Source of the DNA: Perna viridis
Lineage: Eukaryota
Assembly (NCBI GenBank): GCA_037379345.1
Contig: CM074518.1
Location: 6,944,001-7,008,000 of the forward strand
Direction of reading: 5' to 3'
DNA: 64,000 nt
Within the stretch, counting starts at the first letter, position 1; each line of letters begins with the position of its first letter. The notes under the pieces were generated by a model. It was not told the DNA's origin. It was given only the letters and a program-made list of their open reading frames with translations, and did not search any database. The position numbers were made by a program, and so were the translations under genes. Shown here one piece after another: positions 13,951 through 25,480 of this stretch.

Positions 13951-16734
13951 TCAGAATTAGATAAATATACCTGTTAAAGAATTAGTAGTGAGCACAAAAT
14001 CTGGGTATTCACACTGGTGAACTAAATTATTTTGTTAATGTATCAAATTGATGAAGGTATGCATAGTAAGGTTTGCTACCAAATGAAGAAAAAATTTTGT
14101 GGAAAGTTTTTTTTAATTTTTAGTAGTGTGCATTGCTTGAGTGTAGGAGGATTTAGATTTCCTTTCCAGCTTGATCATACTAAAGATTTTAAAGATGGTG
14201 CTCACAGTTCCATGAAAGCAGTATATTAGTGATAGAGTAACCATTGGTTTGCTCTGGTCCCGATGTTATTCTTGCCTGTAGGTTGTTGCTTCTGCAAAGT
14301 AGCACATGAAAAATTTGGCTCAGCATGTTAACCTGGTATAAAACATGTCAGATTGAATTATGGTCATTCAAAGGAGATTTTAACACAATCAGACAACTTA
14401 TATTTATATTTCAATTGCTGTGCAAAAGTGTTTACTTTTCATTTCAGTAGTTTTTACTGCTAAATCTCTTAAAAATACATCTGAAAAAATATTATTATGT
14501 TAATTACTATTTTCAATTGGTGAACAGTAAATGGATCAATATTTTTGTTAAGTAACAGATTTTTAGAGTCAGATGTTGTGACAGCTGCTTGATCCTCCAA
14601 AAAAAAAAAAAGAAAAAGAAAAGTCCTCATGAGGGACTGAACTAATTAATTGGTAATGATGTAAAATATGGATTGATTACAATTGAATGAATCTTTATGT
14701 AAGTTTTTTTTGTGGAGGAAGTTTTTGTTTCAAATGACCCTCAATTTTTTTTCTATTGTAATGATATCACTGCCATCATTAACATCCATTAAATTTTGTT
14801 TTATTTATTAAGTGGAACTAACTTACTTGATCTTTTTTTTTTTAATTTAATTTTATTATTATTATTATTAACACAACATACCTAAAGAAGTGGCAGAAGG
14901 CCTTGTTATACATAAAGGTTTTTGAAAAATCAGAGTTAAAAGGAAAAATAGTTATCAGAATTTGTAGAATAAATTGTTTATCTGATTTTGATGACTCAAA
15001 TGTCAATGTTTTCTTTGTAAATTCTGTTTTAATTTTTTTTTACTTAGGAAATTAACTTTTTTTATTTTCTGTCCGTATTTTTTTTATTGATTCCATATGA
15101 AAATATCTGCTTATAGATATCTTTTTACAGTATTTTAGGGGCACATCCCAAGAAAAGAATCTAATTTCTAGTTTTTCAAACTTTTTTTGTGTGATAGATT
15201 CCTTATGAAAGCCCAGCCCACAGCTTTTAAATCAGACAATATGTTAATTGATATGCACAAGTGTTAACTTTTCAGTTCATTAGTTTTTACTGCCAAATCT
15301 CATGCGAACATTGTGTTGAGCTGAAGTATGTAACCTTATAAAGATGTAACCACAGTTCAAAAAGAGGACATTTCAAACTGCTTTAAAATTTTATTTCTTT
15401 CTTCAAGAAAAACTTTAATTAGTTCAGTTACAATTTGTATTAAAATAACATTATTTACCAATATAATTTCTGTTAAAAAAGTGAAAAATGTTAACCATTG
15501 CTTTCAAATTTATTGAAATAGGGAGTTATATGAAGTGGACATCTGGTTAAATAATGCTTTTCCATTTACAATTTCACTGAAACACAAATAACACAATCTG
15601 TCAAGACTAAATACCTGTGTCTTTCTATATAACTATATTGAGTAGTGAAGATCTGTAAATTTAACTCGGGTAATAGTTTGGCCAACACTCTTATAAAGTC
15701 ACATATTACGAATAAATGCTTTCAAAGAAAGTTATTACAGATGTTATCAGATTGAATGAAAGGAAAGGGGTCAATAAATGGTGATGTCTGGTTGAGTAAG
15801 GCTATTTCTGATTTCAGGGTTTGAACTGACCCTGGTGCACATCTCTGCACCCCCCCCCCCAACATTTTACTTGAGATTAGTGTAGTCAGACTTATCCATT
15901 CATCAGTTATGTTGTCAACTTCCTTTCATTTTGATCTAAAAACAACTGTACTGAGTTTTGCTCCTTCTAGTCCATAAATGTGTGCTTCTATATCATATCA
16001 TCATAAACATTTCATGAAATATGGAATATGCATTTTCAACAATCATAAGGTATTAATACATTAAAACATGTAAACTTAAGCTTTAATTAACAATTTAAGA
16101 GTTTATAAGACAGCTTTTGATTAAGGGTCAATTGATGAAAGTTCAAAGTCATATATACTTAAAGAAGTATTTTGTAAAATAAGAATCTACGTTCTTGCCT
16201 TTACATCTGAATGCATAAATTTGTGTATTTTCACAAAATTTGTACTAAATAACCTGATAAGATATTGATTCATTTTTAGGCAGTAAGGTTCATGTTTGAG
16301 GTCTGTTAGTATGTAAAGAATTAAAATTTTGTATTCCAAGCTTAGTTTTATAAATTCTTTTGTGCATTTTCAAATTTTTTCAAATTTTTTTTTAGGAGTG
16401 AGAGAGTCAGTAATATGACAGGGTCAGTAAAGTTCACGATTCAAAGTATATTTCAGAAATAATTTTTTTTTTTTGGGGGGGGGGGGGGGAAAACATCCAT
16501 TCCAGGGAATAATTATAACCTGTGAGCATGTATAAAAAAAAATCAATGATAGAGTTAAGTATTCAAGTAGATCAGCTGAAAAATTATGTCACAAAGTTTA
16601 TTACTTCTCCAGTTCTGTTGACACACTTAAAGTATTTTTGTTTCGGCATATTTTTGGGAATCCTAACTGCTTTTTGTTTCAATTTGGGCTTCCATTTATT
16701 TCTATGGTAGGGTAAATATTGCTATGTGCAGAAA

Positions 16735-17250
16735 TACTTTCTATTTTGAAATTTATTATCTTGTTTTTTTACTTTAAAACTTTCCATTTTAAAATTTGTT
16801 TCCTTCTTTTTGGACTTAATCCTTTCTATTTTTAAATTTATTATCTTGTTTTTGGACTTTAATCCTTTCAATTTTGAAAATTGTTTTCTTCTTTTTGGAC
16901 TTTAATCCTTTCTATTTTGAAATTTGTTTTCCCATTTTTGGACTTTAATCCTTTCTATTTTGAAATTTGTTTTCTTATTTTTGGACTTTAATCCTTTCTA
17001 TTTTGAAATTTGTTTTCTTATTTTTGGACTTTAATCCTTTCTATTTTGAAAATTGTTTTCTTGTTTTTGGACTTTCCTTTCTATTTTGAAATTTGTTTTC
17101 TCATTTTTGGACTTTAATTCTTTCTATTTTGAAATTTGTTATCTTGTTTTTGTTTTTGGACTTTAATACTTTCTATTATTAAATTTATTATCTTGTTTTT
17201 GGACTTTAATCCTTTCTATTTTGAAAATTATTGTCTTGTTTTGGACTTTA
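16735..17250. repeat. 43-bp pyrimidine-rich minisatellite, ~12 copies
   Basis: TTTTGGACTTTAATCCTTTCTATTTTGAAATTT.TT.TCTT. unit. Confidence 0.95.
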
Positions 17251-19647
17251 TTTCAGTTTTGATCAATTTTTTAATCTCAAGTTACCAAATTGTGGCATTC
17301 TGAAATGGTTATACACCTGTCAAACCTGCAAATTGGCTCAGGCTTGCAGTGTAGACACTATTTTGAATGTTCACACTATCAGCACATGATGATGAGGATT
17401 ATTGAACAGATTCAAGTCAAGACACATAAAGATTATGCAGAAATTACTTTCCAGGTATGTTAACCTCAATTACCAGAAACTACACAATATAAAATTAAAA
17501 GAGTATGCTTGCCAACCTTCACAATTTATACCAACTTGAAAAAAATGATACTATTTTCAAAACAAAAATAGTTAAAGATTAGTAAACTCATGACATAACA
17601 AGGACACTTTAATATAAACTAAAAGTCCAATAAAATCATGAAGATACATTAATGAACAACATTTACACAACTGTACACTAAAACATAAAAAAGTTAAAAG
17701 TTCAGCTGAAAACTATTTTCAAGCTGAATTTAACAAAATCTTTTTTTGTAATAAAAAGGTCGAATGAAGTGAAGTCGGGCAGTGTTTGGGGTTCACTGCA
17801 GCAACCATCGGCTGCCACGTCCCCCAATTCGACCTATACTAAGAAATTATAGGAGATTGTTCAGCTTCCATGAACAAATTTTCTACTATCTTTTTGTTTT
17901 TTTGTCAAACGATGTGCGTTTTTAATCTAATACTACTCTCGTATCAATTAAATTAAGTCAAGTTCAGTAAATTTTTATTTGATTAATTTTGTGACATTTT
18001 GTTATTTTCCATCTTTGGGTAATTTAGCAAACTTATGAAATAGTATCTTCTATCCTTTTCAGGACTACCCAAGCATTTCAAGCTGATTGTTAGTCAAATG
18101 TTTCATAAAAAAGTTTGACCTGTTTCTCCGTCTATTAGGCTATTCCTCAGTCCATCCATAGGTCCAAGATATTACTTATGTGCACAATACTTCTTTTACT
18201 GTTGAAGTGATTGAATTGATGAAACTAACATCAGATGTATATGTGCTAGTTGCAATGAAATATTGTAACAATACTTGAATAAAGGAATACATAGAATATG
18301 ATGCTAGTAAATATAGCATTACTCATACAGTTTACAGGATTTTGATGAAACTTTATATGGAGGTGATGTAAAAGTCCATTCTATAAGGTAAAAAAAAAAA
18401 AAAACATTCAATGCTTTAAAATGGGGTAGTCCAATTGCCATGTTTTGAGACCATAGTTTTTGGCTTGAACTCCTCCTTCTGATGGATTTAAATAAAACTT
18501 GACATGGATAAGGTCACGCTTCATATATATATATATATATATGCATAAAGCAAGACTACATGTAGTTGCTGGCAAATGAAGACCATCCAATTTACAGGAT
18601 ATATAGAGGAGTCAGGCTACTGCTAATTTCATGCTGAACTTAAAAGAGATGTGTTCCAGGGTCAGGCCTCACACACTAGTGTGAGGTGAAATAAAATCCT
18701 TTTATGTACCAAAAGGGTCCCCTGATTCAACCCTACAATTACTATTTCAGTAATTACAGGGTTGCATCAGGAGATGTGGTAGATTGTTCAGCTACTATGA
18801 ACACATTCTTTTTCTGTCAAAAGAAGACAAAAGCACATTTTTTATTCAACTTCTACTTTTTACATCTTTTAAAATTTGGTGCAAGTCCAGTAAATTCATT
18901 TTCAGGTAATTTTTTCATATAAAAACTGGTTAAGTTTAAAGAACTTTTCTCTTGTGTTGAAAAATCAAGGACTTGCAATTTTAAGAACCAAAAAGTGTAT
19001 TTCCAACAGGTTGTGAGTCAGGTCATAGTATATCTGTTTAGGTAGTTTTACATATACATAAAGTCATATATACTTAAAGAAGTATTTCGTAAAATAAGAA
19101 ATTACTTTCTTGCCTTTACATCTGAACACATAAATTTCTATATCTTCACAGAATTTGTACTAAATAACCAGATAAGATATTGATTCATTTTTGGGCAGTG
19201 AGGTTCATGTTTGAGATCTCCTAGTAGGAAAAGAATTAAAATTTGGTATTCCAAGCTTACTTTTTAAATTTTTTTGTGTGCATTTTCAATTTTTTTAAAA
19301 AGCTTTTAGGAGTGAGAGAGCGAGTGATTCATTCATGACAGGGTCAGTAGCTCAAAGTTCACGATTCAAAGTACATTTCAGAAATAAAATATTTTTTGGG
19401 GAAAACATCCATTCCAGAGAATAAGTATAAACGATGAGCATGTATGAAAAAAAAGTTTCAATTTTAAAGTTTAGCATTTAAGTATATCAGCTGAAAAAAT
19501 TATGTCACAAAGTTTATTACTTTTACAGTTCTGCTGACACACTTAAAGTATTTTTGTTTGGTTGTATTTTGGAATCCTATCTGCTGTTTGTTTCAATTTG
19601 GGCTTTCATTTTTTTTATGGTAGGGTAAATATTGCTATGTGCAGAAA

Positions 19648-19991
19648 TACTTTCTATTTTGAAATTTATTATCTTGTTTTTAGACTTTAATCCTTTCTAT
19701 TTTGAAATTTATTATCTTGTTTTTGGATTTCCTTTCTAGTTTTGAATTTATTATCTTGTTTTTGGACTTTAATCCTTTCTATTTTGAAAATTGTTTTCTT
19801 ATTTTTGGACATTAATCCTTTCTATTTTGAAATTTGTTTTCTCATTTTTGGACTTTAATTCTTTCTATTTTGAAATTTGTTTTCTTGTTTTTGTTTTTGG
19901 ACTTTAATACTTTCTATTATTAAATTTATTATCTTGTTTTTGGACTTTAACCCTTTCTATTTTGAAAATTATTGTCTTGTTTTGGACTTTA
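19648..19991. repeat. 43-bp minisatellite, ~8 copies
   Basis: Same unit as 16735-17250. Confidence 0.95.
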
Positions 19992-22451
19992 TTTCAGTTT
20001 TGATCAATTTTTTAATCTCAAGTCACCAAATTGTGGCATTCTGAAATGGTTATACACCTGTCAAACCTGCAAATTGGCTCAGGCTTGCAGTGTAGACACT
20101 ATTTTGAATGTTCACACTATCAGCACATGATGATGAGGATTATTGAACAGATTCAAGTCAAGACACATAAAAATTATGCAGAAATTACTTTCCAGGTATG
20201 TTAACCTCAATTACCAGAAACTACACAATATAAAATTAAAAGAATATGCTTGCCAACCTACACAATTTATACCAACTTGAAAAAATGATACTATTTTCAA
20301 AACCAAAATAGTTAAAGATTAGTTAACTCACGACATAACAAGGACACTTCTCTAATGTAAACTAAAAGTCCAATAAAATCATGAAAATACATAAACGAAC
20401 AACACATACACAACTGTACACTAAAACATAAAAGAGTTAAAGTTCAGCTGAAAACTTATTTCAAGCTGAACTTAACAAAATCTTTTTTTTGTACCAAAAG
20501 GGTCGAACGAAGTGAAGTCGGGCAGTGTTTGGGGTTCACTGCAGCAGCCATCGGCTGCCACGTTCCCCAATTCGACCCTATACTAAGTAATTATAGGGTG
20601 GCATCAGGAGATGCGGCAGATTGTTCAGCTTCCATGAACAAATTTTCTACTACCTTTTTGTTTTTTGTCAAATGATGTGCGTTTATCTAATACTACTTTG
20701 GTATCAATTAACTTAAGTCAAGTCCAGTAAATTTTTATTTGATTAATTTTGTGACATTTTGTTATTTTCCATCTTTGGGTAATTTAGCAAACTTATGAAA
20801 TAGTTAAATTTTCATCCAAATTAATTAAGTAAACTATCTTCTATCCTTTTCAGGACTACCCAAGCATTTCAAGCTGATTGTTAGTCAAATGTTTCATAAA
20901 AAAGTTTAACCTGTTTCTCCATCTATTAGGCTATTCCTCAGAACATCCATAGGTCCAAGATATTTTCTATGTGCACAACACTTCTTTTACTGTTGAAGTG
21001 ATTGAATTGATGAAACTAACATCAGATGTATATGTGCTAGTTGCAATGAAATATTGTAACAATACTTGAATAAAGGAATACATAGAATAAGATGCTAGTA
21101 AATATAGCATTACTCATACAGTTTACAGGATTTTGATGAAACTTTATATGGAGGTTATGTAAAAGTCCATTCTATAAGGTGAAAAAAAAAACATTCAATG
21201 CTTTTAAATGGGGTAGTCCAATTGCCATGTTTTGAGACCATAGTTTTTGGCTTGAACTCCTCCTTCTGATGGATTTAAATAAAACTTGACATGGATAAGG
21301 TCACGCTTCATATATATATTTATTTAAATCTATATATATATATATGCATAAAGCAAGACTACATGTAGTTGCTGGCAAATGAAGACCATCCAAATTACAG
21401 GATATATAGAGGAGTCAGGCTACTGCTAATTTCATGCTGAACTTAAAAGAGATGTGTTCCAGGGTCAGGCCTCACACACTAGTGTGAGGTGAAATAAAAT
21501 CCTTTTATGTACCAAAAGGGTCCCCTGATTCAACCCTACAATTACTATTTCAGTAATTACAGGGTTGCATCAGGAGATGTGGCAGATTGTTCAGCTACTA
21601 TGAACACATTCTTTTTCTGTCAAAAGAAGACAAAAGCACATTTTTTATTCAACTTCTACTTTTTACATCTTTTAAAATTTGGTGCAAGTCCAGTAAATTC
21701 ATTTTCAGGTAATTTTTTCATATAAAAACTGGTTAAGTTTAAAGAACTTTTCTCTTGTGTTGAAAAATCAAGGACTTGCAATTTTAAGAACCAAAAAGTG
21801 TATTTCCAACAGGTTGTGAGTCAGGTCATAGTATATCTGTTTAGGTAGTTTTACATATACATAAAGTCATATATACTTAAAGAAGTATTTCGTAAAATAA
21901 GAAATTACTTTCTTGCCTTTACATCTGAACACATAAATTTCTATATCTTCACAGAATTTGTACTAAATAACCAGATAAGATATTGATTCATTTTTGGGCA
22001 GTGAGGTTCATGTTTGAGATCTCCTAGTAGGAAAAGAATTAAAATTTGGTATTCCAAGCTTACTTTTTAAATTTTTTTGTGTGCATTTTCAATTTTTTTA
22101 AAAAGCTTTTAGGAGTGAGAGAGCGAGTGATTCATTCATGACAGGGTCAGTAGCTCAAAGTTCACGATTCAAAGTACATTTCAGAAATAAAATATTTTTT
22201 GGGGAAAACATCCATTCCAGAGAATAAGTATAACCGGTGAGCATGTATGAAAAAAAAGGTTCAATTATAAAGTTTAGCATTTAAGTATATCAGCTGAAAA
22301 AATTATGTCACAAAGTTTATTACTTTTACAGTTCTGTTGACACACTTAAAGTATTTTTGTTTGGTTGTATTTTGGAATCCTATCTGCTGTTTGTTTCAAT
22401 TTGGGCTTTCATTTTTTTTATGGTAGGGTAAATATTGCTATGTGCAGAAAT

Positions 22452-23095
22452 ACTTTCTATTTTGAAATTTATTATCTTGTTTTTGGATTTCCTTTCTAGT
22501 TTTGAATTTATTATCTTGTTTTTGGATTTCCTTTCTAGTTTTGAATTTATTATCTTGTTTTTGGACTTTAATCCTTTCTATTTTTAAATTTATTATCTTG
22601 TTTTTGGACTTTAATCCTTTCTATTTTGAAAATTGTTTTCTTGTTTTTGGACTTTAATTCTTTCTATTTTGAAATTTGTTTTCTTGTTTTTGTTTTTGGA
22701 CTTTAATACTTTCTATTATTAAATTTATTATCTTGTTTTTGGACTTTAATTCCGTCTATTTTGAAATTTATTATCTTGTTTTTGGACTTTTAATACTTTC
22801 TATTTTGAAATTTATTATCTTGTTTTTTGGACTTAAATCCTTTCCATTTTGAAATTTATTATCTTGCTGTTGGACTTAATTCTTTCTATTTTGAAAATTG
22901 TTTTCTTGTTTTCGGACTTTCCTGTCTATTTTGAAATTTGTTTTCTCATTTTTGGACTTTAATTCTTTCTATTTTGAAATTTGTTTTCTTGTTTTTGTTT
23001 TTGGACTTTAATACTTTCTATTATTAAATTTATTATCTTGTTTTTGGACTTTAATCCTTTCTATTTTGAAAATTATTGTCTTGTTTTGGACTTTA
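22452..23095. repeat. 43-bp minisatellite, ~15 copies
   Basis: Same unit as 16735-17250. Confidence 0.95.
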
Positions 23096-24912
23096 TTTCA
23101 GTTTTGATCAATTTTTTAATCTCAAGTTACCAAATTGTGGCATTCTGAAATGGTTATACACCTGTCAAACCTGCAAATTGGCTCAGGCTTGCAGTGTAGA
23201 CACTATTTTGAATGTTCACACTATCAGCACATGATGATGAGGATTATTGAACAGATTCAAGTCAAGACACATAAAGATTATGCAGCAATTACTTTCCAGG
23301 TATGTTAACCTCAATTACTTATTTCAAGCTGAACTTAACAAAATCTTTTTTTTGTACCAAAAGGGTCGAATGAAGTGAAGTCGGGCAGTGTTTGGGGTTC
23401 ACTGCAGCAGCCATCGGCTGCCATGTCCCCCAATTCAACCCTATACTAAGTAATTATAAGGCGGCAGATTGTTCAGCTTCCATGAACAAATTTTCTACTA
23501 CCTTTATGTTTTTTGTCAAATGATGTGAGTTTTTAATCTAATACTACTTTGGTATCAATTAACTTAAAGTCCAGTAAAGTTTTACTTGGTTAATTTTGTG
23601 ACATTTTGTCATTTTTTTATCTTTGGGTAATTTAGCAAACTTATGAAATAGTTTAATTTTCAACAATTTGTTAACAGTGGTTCTTTTTTCGTCAAAATTA
23701 ATTCAAGTAAACTATCTTCTATCCTTTTCAGGACTACCCAAGCATTTCAAGCTGATTGTTAGTCAAATGTTTCATCAAGGAGGATGACCTGTTTCTCCGT
23801 CTATTAGGCTATTCCTCAGTCCATCCATAGGTCCAAGATATTTTCTATGTGCACAACACTTCTTTCACTGTTGAAGTGATTGAATTGATGAAACTAACAT
23901 CAGATGTATATGTGCTAGTTGCAATGAAATATTGTAACAATACTTGAATAAGGAATACACAGAATATGATGCTAGTAAATATAGCATTACTCATACAGTT
24001 TACAGGATTTTGATGAAACATTTTATGGAGGTGATGTAGAAGTGCATTCCATAAAGTAGAAAAAAAATCTTTAATGGTTGTAAAGGGGAATAATCCAACG
24101 TCAATGCTTTGACACCACATTTTTAACCCTGAGTCCTCTTTCAGATGGATTTTAATGAAACTTTACATGGATAAGGTTAAGCTTCATTAGTATATGTACA
24201 TAAAGCAAGAGTATATGTAGCTGCTTGCAATAGAAGACCATCCAATTTACAGAGTCTAAGATGCTTGAGTTTAATTGGCCTGGAACTGGGTACAATATTT
24301 CATAAGTTCTTGTATGTGGATATACATGTACATGTAAAACATTTCACAAAATGTTGTGTGAAGATTTCAAAACTATGAATGTCATGTAAGTTTTGAAACT
24401 TGGAAGATAGTATAAATATCAGTAAAATTTTGTATAGACAACATGATATCAATACAAATGGAGAATATAACTAAATGGTAATGCATGGAGAAGTCAGGCC
24501 ACAGCTAATTTCAAGCTTAGCTTAAAACACTGATACAAGGTCAGGCTTCACACACCAGGCTGAGGTGAAACAAAAACCGTTTGTATACCAAAAGGACAGA
24601 ATGGAGTGAATCCAGGCAGTGTGCCGTGTCCCCCCCCCCGGCATATAAATTAATTATATTTTTTTTAAAAGTTAAATATGTGGCGACCTGCAAACTGATT
24701 CAGAGTTCACACTACCAGCACAGCATGACAGCTGTTCCTAACAGATAATATTTGGAACACATAAAGAAGGTATATAGGTATATTCTACCTTTTTAATTAG
24801 ATTTGATTTGTTTTTAATTTTGAGACAGATTTGTTTTTATTATATAGAACAAGACATCTGTTGTTCAAACAAACATGCAAAATTTATTTTTATTTTTTTT
24901 ATTGTTCTCATA

Positions 24913-25036
24913 CATACCTGTTAACCCTCCCTCTTTTGGAGGGAGAATTTCTCTTTTTGGGTCACACAGGAGACTTTTCAAATAGGGAGATTGATCCAAA
25001 AAGAGGGAGTCTCCCTCCTAAATTGGGAGGGTTAAC
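24913..25036. mobile_element. Foldback MITE
   Basis: GTTAACCCTCCC..GGAGGGAGA..CTCTTTTTGGGTCA inverted against TGATCCAAAAAGAG..TCTCCCTCC..GGGAGGGTTAAC. Confidence 0.75.
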
Positions 25037-25166
25037 TTGGCTCATTCTCTCCACCATAGACCTGTTTCTTATATTCAAAATTACAGGTCTATGTCTCCAT
25101 GCATTATATTTATATAATGGACTCCAATCCTTTCTACTATAAAAATTCTTTCTTGGTTATTTGTAT

Positions 25167-25480
25167 CAGTGTTCCAGCTAGGATTTCAAAAGGGTGTGGT
25201 GCAGGTCCTGAATGGGACATATTTTCAAAATTTCAAAAGGGCATATTAAGTGAAATACAAAAGTGTACATGTAAGGTTTACAATCATATGTGTATATAGA
25301 CTTTATTATTTTCAAGAAATTAGTAACGAGGCAAGTTTATAAATAAAATAATCTGACAAAGTGTTTCATGACACTTCTTGGTGCAATAAAAGTTTAACAT
25401 GTAAAATATTGTTTAATGTGATTAAAAATGGCAGGGCGCCAGGAAAAGGGCAAAAAACAGCTAGCTTACCTGGATCACTG
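25167..25480. mobile_element. Non-autonomous TIR element
   Basis: Imperfect TIRs CAGTGTTCCAG / CTGGATCACTG; no clear TSD. Confidence 0.5.

Larger units (their letters stand above)
16147..24620. repeat. Tandem segmental array B, ~2.8-kb unit, ~3 copies
   Basis: AGTCATATATACTTAAAGAAGTATT at ~16147, ~19061, ~21866; same spurious ORF at 18704/21507 (period 2803). Confidence 0.95.

Noticed and set aside
16735-23095. CRISPR-like regular repeats (also 185-397, 1118-1312)
   Set aside because: Head-to-tail units with no unique spacers, no cas genes, eukaryotic context
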